A stretch of 64,000 bases of DNA from a virus (lineage: Duplodnaviria; Caudoviricetes). The stretch spans positions 1-64,000 of the IMG/VR virus record IMGVR_UViG_3300021387_000034; one strand, 5' to 3'. Numbering within the stretch: position 1 is the first letter of the stretch; each line of letters opens with the position of its first letter. Under the pieces are notes generated by a model. It made no database searches. It saw only the letters and a list, made by a program, of their open reading frames with translations, and had not been told where the DNA came from. A program made the translations under genes and the position numbers. Positions 46,282 to 56,606 of the stretch are shown one piece after another.

Positions 46282-46811
46282 GACAAGTCGATAGACTTTA
46301 TAGCCCCCAATATGATAGCCGCCCATTGGTTAGGTTCATAAGTGCTTTGCATAACCACGCCTTTCATAACGCTAATATAATAGTCGTTCTTTGTTCGTAT
46401 CTGCTCGAACGTTTCTATCCTATTTCCTTCAGGTGTAAACAAGTGGTTGCATAACACAATGCCGACAATTTCACACATTGCGTCAAGGTCTGTGCATAAA
46501 GCCGTTATAATCTTGTTGTCATCATCTAAAGACTCGTCAGCCTTGTACATATCCATGACAAGCCTGCAAATGCGATATAGCGAATAATAACGCATGTTTT
46601 CAACCCTATATTCTTTCGTTCCCAAGCGTACAAGTGACGGACAATCATTTATAATGTCAATCAACGTCCGCTTAACATCAATAGGGAAATCTTGCAATTC
46701 ATTTTCCGATTGTTCGCTTTTTGCCTTATCCGTATTATCTTTCATGCTTTGTAAATCGTAAATTCTTTGTTGTTTTCGTAAACGCTTTTGTTGTTGTGTG
46801 TATGCTTTCAA
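46128..46811 (-). CDS. tail assembly chaperone (G-like)
   Basis: Lies between tail tube and tape measure genes; contains the slippery heptamer. Confidence 0.75.
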   Translation of the reverse strand: MKAYTQQQKRLRKQQRIYDLQSMKDNTDKAKSEQSENELQDFPIDVKRTLIDIINDCPSLVRLGTKEYRVENMRYYSLYRICRLVMDMYKADESLDDDNKIITALCTDLDAMCEIVGIVLCNHLFTPEGNRIETFEQIRTKNDYYISVMKGVVMQSTYEPNQWAAIILGAIKSIDLSGFFLLKKSVSTLTNSLLTRKKKSVETASQFMEAQSLQTQATSFERFHSTD

Positions 46812-46895
46812 ATAAACAAGGGGTGCATATAAGGGATGAACCCTTAACGCACCCCCATGTTTACGAAAGCATAGTGTTGCCTACATGTCTAATGG

Positions 46896-47417
46896 CTAAG
46901 GATTGGTAGTAGTACCACCACCACTATTGGTAGTAGCACGACCCTTAATCTTATACATGTGGTCTTTCTCATTTTCGTCGGTGTGAACCAATGCCGTAAT
47001 GGTTACGGAATAGTTCAACGCGCCGTCTGCATCCTTCTTGATAGTACCGATGGTAAGACCCTTGTAGATGTACAAAGAGGCGTGACCACGTTGGAACTCA
47101 AGTTCCCAAGAGTGCTCGCTGGTGAAAGCGTTAGCAGCACCCTCGTATGTGTTGGTTTCCGCATCGTAAGTACCACCGAAAAGTGCAGGCAGTTCGGAAA
47201 GTTCGTAGTTAGCCAGTTCAAACGTCATCGTAACGGGGTTGCCGTCGTAGAAAATGTCGAAAGGCGAATCATAGAACTCGGCTTCAATTTCGGTGCTTTC
47301 GGGCTCATCCTGACCAATAGCAAGACCTTTCAAAACACCCATCAACTTGGTTGCGGGAGCAGCGGCGGCAGTGTCACCGTACTTGAGGGCAATTGCCTTA
47401 ACAGTTGTTTTTCCCAT
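46896..47417 (-). CDS. major tail (tube) protein
   Basis: 173 aa with tube-protein-like IGQDEPE.TEIEAE...MTFELAN; canonical position. Confidence 0.75.
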   Translation of the reverse strand: MGKTTVKAIALKYGDTAAAAPATKLMGVLKGLAIGQDEPESTEIEAEFYDSPFDIFYDGNPVTMTFELANYELSELPALFGGTYDAETNTYEGAANAFTSEHSWELEFQRGHASLYIYKGLTIGTIKKDADGALNYSVTITALVHTDENEKDHMYKIKGRATTNSGGGTTTNP

Positions 47418-47482
47418 AATCTTTTCCCTTTCTTTATTTAGTTTAACTTGTTTTTTATAATCTCTTTTTCTTGTTCTTTTCG

Positions 47483-47923
47483 TTATTCTTGTTTGTAATC
47501 TGTTCCTACGATGAATGATTTGGTGAACACGTGGAATTGGTTTCCCTTTTGTGCCGTTTCGTCATCGTCCATAGATATTGTCGTATCTGGAACAATGAAA
47601 TATTGTCCGTCATGGTTTTCGCTTTGTTCGGTATTGATAATGGTATTGATACCGTTTTCAAATGCCCTATAAAGCGTTTTATTTAGCCGTCCACGTGTCT
47701 TTTTAGGAACATAAGCGGTAACGTAACAACGCGCACAAAGATAAGTTTCGCAAGAAAATTCCGAATCATCGTTTAATGTGCCTACACGGATAACGATAAA
47801 GCCGTCATCAACGTCACTTTCCGTTGTTTCCGTAGGTTCTCCCATAGTGTACACATTTTCCGAAACTTGTTTCATCAAGTCCGAAAGATAGTTGTATATG
47901 TCTATTCGTGAATCGTTAATCAT
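47483..47923 (-). CDS. tail terminator/completion protein
   Basis: Size and position before the tail tube gene. Confidence 0.6.
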   Translation of the reverse strand: MINDSRIDIYNYLSDLMKQVSENVYTMGEPTETTESDVDDGFIVIRVGTLNDDSEFSCETYLCARCYVTAYVPKKTRGRLNKTLYRAFENGINTIINTEQSENHDGQYFIVPDTTISMDDDETAQKGNQFHVFTKSFIVGTDYKQE

Positions 47924-47944
47924 CTTTACCTACACTTATTATTT

Positions 47945-48490
47945 TTAATACTTCGGTACTTTTATTTCTATTGTTACGTTTACCTTAGAGCCAAGTTCTT
48001 GCTTGATGTGGTCATACCGTTGGGTCATCATGTCAAACTTCACAAATTTCCCGTAGAAAATATTGTCGTGACCTTGCTCCCAATATGCGTAATACGGTGC
48101 AAGTACGCCCCAAACGATTTCCCACCCATTCGTTTCCCTTGGTTGATACGTCGCCAAGAATTGCTTTGCAAGATTGCGTCCATTTACTGGTATAGGATTG
48201 TCGCCCAATTCATGCAAGAATGCCTTTCCTTTCGTTGTAGCGGACTTACGGTAGTAGCCATGCTTTGCCTCTTTCCCGTCATAATATACCGCCCACACAA
48301 GGCTATTCAACATGTTATGCGTTCGGTCGCTTGGCTTGCCACGCATCTTTTCAATCAATTTGTCACCCATTTGGGAAATTTGGCTTTCGGCATAAGCAAT
48401 AAGACGTTCTGCTTGCGTTTTAGAAACTTTCTTAAGCATATCCTCACGCAATTTCCTTATGTTAATCTTAACTTTCGTCTTTGTTGCCAT
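47945..48490 (-). CDS. neck / tail completion protein (HK97 gp10-like)
   Basis: DRTHNMLNSL and VLAPYYAYWEQG; position. Confidence 0.6.
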   Translation of the reverse strand: MATKTKVKINIRKLREDMLKKVSKTQAERLIAYAESQISQMGDKLIEKMRGKPSDRTHNMLNSLVWAVYYDGKEAKHGYYRKSATTKGKAFLHELGDNPIPVNGRNLAKQFLATYQPRETNGWEIVWGVLAPYYAYWEQGHDNIFYGKFVKFDMMTQRYDHIKQELGSKVNVTIEIKVPKY

Positions 48491-48499
48491 AATCGTTGC

Positions 48500-48835
48500 C
48501 TATTTCCACTTGTTACGTGTACAATATACACTTACTCCCATTAGTTGTGACGGTTCGGCATTATCTACCGTGAACAAAAGCGTTTCTCCGAAACGTACTA
48601 ATTCCACCGTATCACCCTTTCTTGGTATAATAGAATTGCCATCACTATCTTGTGTCAAAGGCATTGATATAACGTAGGATGACGTTTGCAATACACGTCC
48701 TTCATCGTCCGTTTGCATCGTTTCGTCCATAACACCATTGTATATCTCAACAACGGTATCGTCATCGTTGCCCTTTCCCGAAATAGTGCGCTTGACTATT
48801 CCTTGGTACGGATATTCGGATATTTCGTTACGCAT
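48500..48835 (-). CDS. head closure protein
   Basis: 111 aa, beta-rich; position. Confidence 0.6.
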   Translation of the reverse strand: MRNEISEYPYQGIVKRTISGKGNDDDTVVEIYNGVMDETMQTDDEGRVLQTSSYVISMPLTQDSDGNSIIPRKGDTVELVRFGETLLFTVDNAEPSQLMGVSVYCTRNKWK

Positions 48836-49238
48836 CGTATGTTGGATTAACTTGTATTACGTCCTCGATAGGCACGAACTTGATTTTGCGATTTTTCAAA
48901 TATTCCTCAAGTTCCTTTCCCTTTGGGTCATCGTAGTTCTTGTATATGCGAATGGCATACTTGATTTTTTCGTCTTGATAGAAATCTTGCTCCTGCCCTA
49001 CGGTCTTTTGGTAGCCGTTGTGGGATTGTTGTAAAGATGCGGTATTGGACGGCCTAAGCAATACTGCCATGAATATAAGGTCAGCGGTCAAGAGGTCGCG
49101 TTCCTTTTGCGTGACGGTGATGTTGTTGTAAGCGTCTGCCGACGGGTCAATACCACGGTCAAGGGCTATCTTAATGAAATTCTTCGTTGTAAACGATGAA
49201 TACATTGTCGATGATTCAAGCCATTCAAGTACTGTCAT
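48828..49238 (-). CDS. head-tail adaptor
   Basis: 136 aa, helical, directly after the capsid gene. Confidence 0.6.
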   Translation of the reverse strand: MTVLEWLESSTMYSSFTTKNFIKIALDRGIDPSADAYNNITVTQKERDLLTADLIFMAVLLRPSNTASLQQSHNGYQKTVGQEQDFYQDEKIKYAIRIYKNYDDPKGKELEEYLKNRKIKFVPIEDVIQVNPTYDA

Positions 49239-49292
49239 CTTTCTTTTTCCTTTCTTAACTAATTAAACCATAGTGTGCCATTCGCATAGCGT

Positions 49293-50573
49293 TTAGGAGT
49301 CGGCTGTTGTGGTGTCAACAACAACGTGGTACATGCTTTCATCAAGCACTGTAGCATAACGTCCGATAACATCCGTGTGGTAAGACTTGAGCATGCCGTT
49401 CGGAGTAACCTTGTTGATGACGTTCAAGAAACCTTGTATCTTTGCCAGTGAGAAATCAATCCCCTTGTTTACCTCACCGCTACGCATCAACTCTACGTCG
49501 GCAACCTTTGCGTGTACAAGTACACCTGCATAGCCCAACGGACGCAATACTGCAACACCTTGTTTCCAACCCTTTACGGTGGTGTATGTGGTGATACCTT
49601 GTACGGTTTGCTGTTCGCGCACAATGCGGATAGGCGCAATCTTGGAAAGTTCCCAACGGCTATAAGCGATGAGTTGGTCAACGGTGATAGAATCAACATT
49701 TGTCGTGCTTGTGCCGTTATTGACGATAATCACCTTGTCGGGAGCACCAAGGGCAAGATAGCGGTTTACCTCCTTAATAAACGCAGGGTTCTTGATGAGA
49801 ACCGTAACGAGCATATCCCAAGGAATATCCCACTCAAACGGCATGCTGTCTGGCAGTTGGTTGGCTTGCTTGAAATCGTATTCGATTTTGTGCATCTGCT
49901 CTGGCAGGTCTGCTGTTGTGTCCGTCCATACCTTTGCACCAGCCTTCTTGTAGTTGGTGATGGGGATATAAGCCGATTGGTTGGCGACAACACCGCTAAA
50001 GCCTTGTGTGGTAGCAGTACCGCCAGCGACGTTAGTAACGGCAATAGTATTGCCATATTGACCGCCACGGGAAAGCGTCATAGCAGCCATGTGCGAAACA
50101 CGCAGGTTGTGGGTCTTTACAAGGTCGGCAACACCACGAACAAATCCTTCAACAAGGCTTTGGTCTGGGCCAAGTTCTTGGAGGCGGGCTTTCAACTCTT
50201 CTTTAGACATAGAGGTTTCAAAAAGACCTTTACCATATTGGTAAATCGAACCAGTCCTTTCCTCAAAGCCTTCGGCATCAAGTTGCATGGTTTCCGTTAG
50301 CGGAGCCATTGCATCGGCCATAGGCACGGTGCGTGAGACACGTTGGCGAACAGTCCAAGCGGGGTTCTTTTTGAGGTTCGACTTGTCAATGTCGTACTCG
50401 TTACCCTCGACACGGAAATGCTCTTGCCAAAAGAAAGCGTTTTCGTCGATTTCAATTGAGTTGTCTATAAGTGTTTGGAGGAAGCCTGCGTTAGCCCCGT
50501 CCATAAAACCCCTTTGATACAATTTTTCAATTGCCTCATCGGGTGTAAAGTGGAATTTCAATGCGTTTGCCAT
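49293..50573 (-). CDS. major capsid protein
   Basis: 426 aa, strong codon bias, follows scaffold and decoration genes. Confidence 0.8.
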   Translation of the reverse strand: MANALKFHFTPDEAIEKLYQRGFMDGANAGFLQTLIDNSIEIDENAFFWQEHFRVEGNEYDIDKSNLKKNPAWTVRQRVSRTVPMADAMAPLTETMQLDAEGFEERTGSIYQYGKGLFETSMSKEELKARLQELGPDQSLVEGFVRGVADLVKTHNLRVSHMAAMTLSRGGQYGNTIAVTNVAGGTATTQGFSGVVANQSAYIPITNYKKAGAKVWTDTTADLPEQMHKIEYDFKQANQLPDSMPFEWDIPWDMLVTVLIKNPAFIKEVNRYLALGAPDKVIIVNNGTSTTNVDSITVDQLIAYSRWELSKIAPIRIVREQQTVQGITTYTTVKGWKQGVAVLRPLGYAGVLVHAKVADVELMRSGEVNKGIDFSLAKIQGFLNVINKVTPNGMLKSYHTDVIGRYATVLDESMYHVVVDTTTADS

Positions 50574-50622
50574 ATCTTATTTCCTTTCTTTTATTACGTT
50601 ATTAAATTAGGCGACGTGTGGC

Positions 50623-51294
50623 TTAAATCCAAAATATGCCGTCAATATAAGAACGGTTCATGGCAAGTACATACTTGGGCAGCGGCTGCATCTTTGCAAT
50701 CCACGCTTGCTTGTCGTACACACCAGAAACGCTATAATTGGCATTTTGGAAACCGTAGCCTTCGGTGGGCAGCATTTCACGGTCGGCTTCGTTGAAGATG
50801 TTTGGTTTCGGACAAAGAACCTCTGCTTCGGCACTTGCGGCACTTCCCTTTGCCTCAACGATAATCGAATCGGTAGTGAGTGCGCCAATTGCGGTGTCGA
50901 TGGTTACGGTAAATTCTTCGTTGGTTTCGTTATAAGCCACGGCGGTAATCTTTGCCGATTGCCCCGTAGTAGTTGCATCGTCGGGGGCAATCATAATGAC
51001 TTGACCAACCTCGGGAGCGTCCGAATATCCGTCACCCTTGATGTAGATAGTAGTTGCGTTGGCCGCGGAAGCCTTAGAAACCGCAAACGAACGGAAAATA
51101 AGGATAGGCTGGCCTGGGGTGTACTGCATCAGTTGTGCAGCCCAAAGATAACCAAATCCCTTATTCGGGTTAGCGATAGTACCGCCAAGAAGGATATTCC
51201 TACGGTCTTCACCATTGCCATCCTTGACCCAAACCCACTTGCCGCCACGTACTTTCTTAGCGGTTTCAAAAAAGTAAGCAAGATTTGTAATCAT
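50623..51294 (-). CDS. capsid decoration / auxiliary protein
   Basis: 223 aa, A/T-rich beta protein between scaffold and capsid genes; strong codon bias. Confidence 0.6.
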   Translation of the reverse strand: MITNLAYFFETAKKVRGGKWVWVKDGNGEDRRNILLGGTIANPNKGFGYLWAAQLMQYTPGQPILIFRSFAVSKASAANATTIYIKGDGYSDAPEVGQVIMIAPDDATTTGQSAKITAVAYNETNEEFTVTIDTAIGALTTDSIIVEAKGSAASAEAEVLCPKPNIFNEADREMLPTEGYGFQNANYSVSGVYDKQAWIAKMQPLPKYVLAMNRSYIDGIFWI

Positions 51295-51331
51295 ATCTTT
51301 TTCGTTTTAATTTGTTAATTGTTCCTTTTTT

Positions 51332-51967
51332 TTATTGTACCTTAATCTTTTTAAGGGATTTAAAGAATTCTTCGTCACGTTTCTGCGTAACTTGCGGTGC
51401 AAGTGGCTTTATATTTCCAATAGATGGTTTCATAACTTCTTGAAACTTTTCTACCCACTTGTCGGCTTGTTCTTTGTCATCCTTTTCGAGGTCAACGTCA
51501 AAGTCCTTAACGAAAATCGTAAAACCTGTCATTAAATCTTCTCTGACACCCTTTTTCGCGATTTCCATGATTGCGGAATACTTGGTACGCTTGTTTTCGG
51601 CAATCTTGAATTGTTTCAACTCGTCAAGTTGGTCTTGAACTTCTTTCGGAATTTCTTTCGTAGGTGTTGGTTCGACTTTGCCCCCAATTTTTTTGTTCAA
51701 CTCAGCGATTTGGTTCTTGTAGTCGTTTTCTTTCGACGTAAAGGCATTAGTCTTTTCGGTGATGATAAGGCTTGCTCCACTAAAAGCGGAATTAAGCGCA
51801 AATCGCATATCACCAAGCGCGGTTTCGTCATCTGCGGTAGCGTCTGGATAACGCTTTGCAAGATGTTCCGCAAATTTGTCTTTAAAACCATCGGTGAGTG
51901 TTGCATTTGTGTAACTTTTCTCGTTACAATAATCGTTTACTTTCTGTAAAGCTTCTTCTTTTGTCAT
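51332..51967 (-). CDS. capsid scaffolding protein
   Basis: 211 aa, charged helical; first gene of the head operon. Confidence 0.65.
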   Translation of the reverse strand: MTKEEALQKVNDYCNEKSYTNATLTDGFKDKFAEHLAKRYPDATADDETALGDMRFALNSAFSGASLIITEKTNAFTSKENDYKNQIAELNKKIGGKVEPTPTKEIPKEVQDQLDELKQFKIAENKRTKYSAIMEIAKKGVREDLMTGFTIFVKDFDVDLEKDDKEQADKWVEKFQEVMKPSIGNIKPLAPQVTQKRDEEFFKSLKKIKVQ

Positions 51968-52025
51968 AGTTTTCTACTATTTTAAATTGTTGTTGTAAAC
52001 AAAACAAATTTCTTATTGTTTGATG

Positions 52026-52150
52026 CAAAAGTACAAATAAAGTAAAAGTTGAAAAATACAAAAGCGATGAAAAGGTGATTAAAAAACGTTGTTTTAATCA
52101 ATATTTAATCAGTATTGTAATTTTTTGTATATTTCCACTATATACCTTTG
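52026..52150. promoter_or_regulatory. back-to-back promoters for the head/tail operon (-) and the terminase operon (+)
   Basis: TACTTTTG on minus (52026-52033); TACCTTTG on plus (52143-52150). Confidence 0.7.
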
Positions 52151-52194
52151 CAAAAAGAAATTTCTTATTTGTACAAATTGTAATTTATGGTCAC

Positions 52195-53967
52195 ATGGCA
52201 CGAAAGCGTAATGATATAGTATTAGCACCATTGGAGGATGGCAACCAAAAGTTTGCTATTCGTTCAAATGCCGATATTGTATGCTTTACGGGAGGTACTG
52301 GAGGTGGTAAGTCCGTTGCTTTGTATTATGCACCTATTGAATATCTTGCCATGAATGACAATGCGAAAATCGTTTGCTTTATGCGTAATGTTAGTGACTT
52401 TTGGGGCGCAGGAAAGGTGAACGATACGCTTAAAAAGATGTACCCTTTGATTGACCGTACCATCAAACGACAACCACATGACCCGATAGGTGAAATCATA
52501 CGCAACCAAACGGATATGGGTTTGAAATTGTATAATGGTTCGGAAATGAAGTTCCAACAACTCGACAACGAAAACCCTATTGTCATTGATAAGATTGCAA
52601 AAGGATTGCAAGCAAAGAAACTTATCTTTGACGAATGTAATAAATTCCTTTGGCGTACCATATCATCGTTCTTTCCTCGTTTGCGTAGTGATTCAAACGG
52701 CAAGGCACAAATATTCTTGGCACAAAACCCAGAGCGCGAGTGTTTTATGCGTAAGATGTGCGGAAAGGGAGAACATGGCGGTGGTTGGATAAACAATGAC
52801 GGCACGGTTGACAGGTCAATGGACGGTGTTGTTATGTTCTTTTGTATGCCTAACGGTGATTATGAAAAAGCCGTATGGGGTCGAACAAAGAAAGAGGTTT
52901 ATGAAAAGTGCAAAGAACATATAGATTCACTTTTAGCCGTTGACCCAGATATGTCATACGAGGATTTTATACTTTCGATGACATTTTTTACTTTTGATGT
53001 GCGTGACAATAAGAAAATGTTGGCAAAGAATAAGGGCTATCGTGGATTAGCCGCCAATGCCGCAACCGCTGCATCAGCATATCAAGTGAATTGGAACTAT
53101 TCAATCGAAGACGAAAAAGAAGAAGAAGATTTATCCAACGTTGAACTTTCACATATAGACATAGAACGTATGTTCCGTCCAAACGAAATTCCGCAAGGTA
53201 GCCAATTATTGAAACGCTTTATGACGATGGATATGGCCTCTACTGGCTTTGACAACCTAATATTCAAGTATTGGGAACTTTGGTCGGGCTACGGGTTCGT
53301 TTGCCGCGACATTAAATATTCGATGCACAATAGCAACCGTGAGGCGGTTATTATGGCTATCCAATTCCGTGACAAGCATAAGTTACAAGAAAAGGAAATG
53401 GTATTGGACGTGCAAGGATTTGGATTCTTGCGTGATTGCTTCCCAAGAGCTATGCAATTCAGCGGAGCGAGCACACCGTCTAATCGTGGTAAGTCGCAAT
53501 TTAAGACGATGAAAGACGAGGCAGGCCACGTTGCGATGGAAATGATGCAAGCGGGATTGATACACTATGATTCACGTCTTGCCGAAACGCACTACAACCA
53601 CAAGAATATGAAACGGCAAGGAGGTACAACAATATTGCGGCACATGTTGTTTGAAAGTAAGATATTCCAATTCATAAAAACACCGAACGGGCGCCTTGAA
53701 ATGATGTCTAAGGAAAAGATGAAGCAACTTTTGAAAGGTATGTCGCCAGACCTTATGGATAACGTCATTTTGGCGTGCGGCGGTTTTATCTATGATTGTT
53801 ACCGAATGTTGAAAGAAGACGCTGGAATAATGCGTAAGCGCGTGCAAGCGGATGATATGCTTGCTTTGCTTAACGTGAACGGACAAGATATTGTTGACAC
53901 AAGAATACACCGTGTAAGAAAGATACGGAACGCAAGCGAGGTATTAAACATATTAAGTAATATATAG
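52195..53967 (+). CDS. terL: terminase large subunit
   Basis: Walker A FTGGTGGGKS, Walker B LIFDEC, AQNP coupling motif, nuclease MTMDMAS...SPD.MD; start moved to MARKRN. Confidence 0.9.
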   Translation: MARKRNDIVLAPLEDGNQKFAIRSNADIVCFTGGTGGGKSVALYYAPIEYLAMNDNAKIVCFMRNVSDFWGAGKVNDTLKKMYPLIDRTIKRQPHDPIGEIIRNQTDMGLKLYNGSEMKFQQLDNENPIVIDKIAKGLQAKKLIFDECNKFLWRTISSFFPRLRSDSNGKAQIFLAQNPERECFMRKMCGKGEHGGGWINNDGTVDRSMDGVVMFFCMPNGDYEKAVWGRTKKEVYEKCKEHIDSLLAVDPDMSYEDFILSMTFFTFDVRDNKKMLAKNKGYRGLAANAATAASAYQVNWNYSIEDEKEEEDLSNVELSHIDIERMFRPNEIPQGSQLLKRFMTMDMASTGFDNLIFKYWELWSGYGFVCRDIKYSMHNSNREAVIMAIQFRDKHKLQEKEMVLDVQGFGFLRDCFPRAMQFSGASTPSNRGKSQFKTMKDEAGHVAMEMMQAGLIHYDSRLAETHYNHKNMKRQGGTTILRHMLFESKIFQFIKTPNGRLEMMSKEKMKQLLKGMSPDLMDNVILACGGFIYDCYRMLKEDAGIMRKRVQADDMLALLNVNGQDIVDTRIHRVRKIRNASEVLNILSNI

Positions 53968-53975
53968 AAAAGGAC

Positions 53976-55496
53976 ATGATAAGAATTAAAAACATAAATT
54001 GGTATCTTAGCGAACCGTTAAGGTTATTGCAAATGAAGCCTTTCACACGCGGAGGTCACACGAATGGTCACGGGTGGGAAATGCAAGATGTATTGTGCAA
54101 CACTACACTTGACGTTGGCTTTACCAATTTGACATTAAAGCCTATTTCACAAGACACGTATCTTACGGAATATAACCCGTCGTTGCACCATATAATTATG
54201 AACAAGGCAATACCGCATATCAAGGTTTGCTTTGATGGTTGCGAAATGCCATCGGGTATGATTAACTTGACACAAACAGCATCGTTTCAAAAGTTGATTC
54301 ATTCGGCACACGTGCGGTCGTTGACCAATAATCCGTTGGAGTTCAATCTTTGTATGCCAGATGTCGAGCAAGGAGGTTTGGACTCTTTCGAAGAAGCAAA
54401 ATCAGCTTGGGCTTGGCGCAACATGGATTATTGGCTTGCACGCGCCATAAACGCTTGTAAGCAAGTCGGCAATTGTGGTATATTGTTTAGTTACGACAAA
54501 GACATCAATCAATGCGTGGTTTCAAGTTATAACTACGAAGACGGCTATCAAGTCATTCCGAACTACGATGAATACGGAATAGAAATTGCTCGTTCACTTG
54601 TCTATCAAGTTGACGATAAGACTGTTATTGACACATACGACAATCAAAAGCATTATCGTATCATGGAGAGCACTACCGCAAGTGGTGGGTGGGAAATAAC
54701 AAGTGAATTGCACGGCTTTTCACGTTGTCCGTTACTAACCAAACGTGGCAAAGTAGCGTGGGAATATGCCGAAACGTCTATTGAAATGTGGGAACTCATG
54801 GCTAATATTGCCGCTATTGCCTTGAAACGATTTGGTACGTTTGCCCTTGCATTTTGGGGGGAAATGGACGGTGATAGTTTTAAGCGTGATAGTTCTACAC
54901 TTATCATAAATCTTTCAAGTGACACTACGAATGGTAAACAAGACGCAAAGGTATTGCAATTTCCCGAGCCGCAAACAATGGACGGGTATCTTAAAACGTT
55001 GGAAGAAAAGATTTCTTTATTCAGTTCTACATCGTTCATCACACCGAAAGACATAACAACGTCTAATAGCGGAGGTAACGGTATTGCTCTTGCAATGTCT
55101 AACGATTACGCTTTGGCAACGCAATCGGCTATGGATTGGAAGAAATTTGTCAACGATATGTTCTATTTATTCCAAGAGGGTCTTGACCTTGAAACCAATG
55201 GTGTTGACAAGTACGCTAAATTGCGTATCGGTGCAAAGATTGTTCCTTGGTCGTTGGAAACCAACAATACCAAGATTACGAACTTGCAAATGGAAGCAAA
55301 GTGGTTGTCGATGAAAACGATTATTGAGAAATCTCCTGATGCTGCTCCCGACGAAGTGGAACGCATTATATCCGAACGTGGGTCGCTTATTCCGCAAGAT
55401 GCAATATCCGATGCGGATAGCAACAAAGCGGCAAGAATTTCCAAAAACAATTCAAACGAAATAATCGACAATCAAGCAAAAACTGGTATGAACTAA
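53976..55496 (+). CDS. portal protein
   Basis: 506 aa directly after terL; SPP1-like pattern (NSGGNGIALAM). Confidence 0.8.
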   Translation: MIRIKNINWYLSEPLRLLQMKPFTRGGHTNGHGWEMQDVLCNTTLDVGFTNLTLKPISQDTYLTEYNPSLHHIIMNKAIPHIKVCFDGCEMPSGMINLTQTASFQKLIHSAHVRSLTNNPLEFNLCMPDVEQGGLDSFEEAKSAWAWRNMDYWLARAINACKQVGNCGILFSYDKDINQCVVSSYNYEDGYQVIPNYDEYGIEIARSLVYQVDDKTVIDTYDNQKHYRIMESTTASGGWEITSELHGFSRCPLLTKRGKVAWEYAETSIEMWELMANIAAIALKRFGTFALAFWGEMDGDSFKRDSSTLIINLSSDTTNGKQDAKVLQFPEPQTMDGYLKTLEEKISLFSSTSFITPKDITTSNSGGNGIALAMSNDYALATQSAMDWKKFVNDMFYLFQEGLDLETNGVDKYAKLRIGAKIVPWSLETNNTKITNLQMEAKWLSMKTIIEKSPDAAPDEVERIISERGSLIPQDAISDADSNKAARISKNNSNEIIDNQAKTGMN

Positions 55497-55511
55497 AAAC
55501 ACTTTACGATT

Positions 55512-55949
55512 ATGGATATGGAACTTTATAACATAATAAACACCGTTGTTTCTGCATTGTTGGCAGGTGGTTGGTTTATCTACTACCGTGCAAACAAGCG
55601 AAAGGCAAACGGTGAAGCAACACAAGCCGAAGCCGACGGGTGGGCACGTCAACAAGAGGTGTATCAAAAAACGATTGATGACCTTGATAAGATTTGCGAC
55701 AAGATACGCGATGATAGGAATCACTTACAAACGGCAAACGAAACGCTACGAAAGGAAAACGAGGAAGTACGTGCCAAGCAAGTAAAGATGGAAAATGAAA
55801 TGCTTGACATTAAGCGTGTACAAGCCCGTCAAGGCATGAAATTACAAGCACTTTCCCCTTTTCTTTGCGGTGTAGCGGGGTGTCTGCACCGCAAGAAAGT
55901 GACGCTAATTGATGATGAAATCAAAAACGACATCAACACCCTACAATGA
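55512..55949 (+). CDS. holin-like membrane protein
   Basis: Single N-terminal TM plus coiled coil, directly before the endolysin. Confidence 0.5.
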   Translation: MDMELYNIINTVVSALLAGGWFIYYRANKRKANGEATQAEADGWARQQEVYQKTIDDLDKICDKIRDDRNHLQTANETLRKENEEVRAKQVKMENEMLDIKRVQARQGMKLQALSPFLCGVAGCLHRKKVTLIDDEIKNDINTLQ

Positions 55950-55986
55950 ACATCAATAGTAACCAAAATGGAAAAACCGAATAACG

Positions 55987-56604
55987 ATGCAAACGATTAA
56001 GAAAGGGAGTAGAGGGAACGATGTAAAGGTGTTGCAAAAGTTATTACACCTTTATGAAGATGGCATCTTTGGTACGATAACCAAGGAAGCAGTGTGTGAT
56101 TTTCAACGTAAGAACGGCTTAAAGGCAGATGGTATCGTTGGCGATGTAACTTGGGCTAAGTTGCTTAGTAATATTGACAAACTTAAAAAGTCTTCACGCC
56201 GCATCAATGAAATTATCGTACATTGTAGTGCAACTCGTGAAGGTTGTGACTATACTGTTGCTGACATCACGAAATGGCACAAACAACGTGGCTTTAATGA
56301 TATTGGCTATCACTATGTGATTTATCGTGACGGCAGCATACATAATGGCCGCGACGTTAATTTGGTGGGCGCACATTGCACGAACCATAACGCACATTCC
56401 ATTGGTGTGTGCTATATCGGTGGTTGTAAGACAGACGGCACGTCGCCAAAGGACACACGAACAGATGCACAAAAGGCCGCTTTGCTTTCTTTGTTAAAGG
56501 ATTTGCGCAAGAAATATCCCTATGCAAAGATACATGGCCATCGTGACTTCGCTAACAAGGCTTGCCCGTCATTCGATGCTACTAACGAATATAAAGATAT
56601 TTAG
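55987..56604 (+). CDS. endolysin: peptidoglycan-binding domain plus N-acetylmuramoyl-L-alanine amidase
   Basis: GSRG.DVK.LQ..L...DGIFG..T..AV..FQ; IIVHCSA, IGYHYVI, GHRDF..KACPSF. Confidence 0.93.
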   Translation: MQTIKKGSRGNDVKVLQKLLHLYEDGIFGTITKEAVCDFQRKNGLKADGIVGDVTWAKLLSNIDKLKKSSRRINEIIVHCSATREGCDYTVADITKWHKQRGFNDIGYHYVIYRDGSIHNGRDVNLVGAHCTNHNAHSIGVCYIGGCKTDGTSPKDTRTDAQKAALLSLLKDLRKKYPYAKIHGHRDFANKACPSFDATNEYKDI

Positions 56605-56606
56605 TT

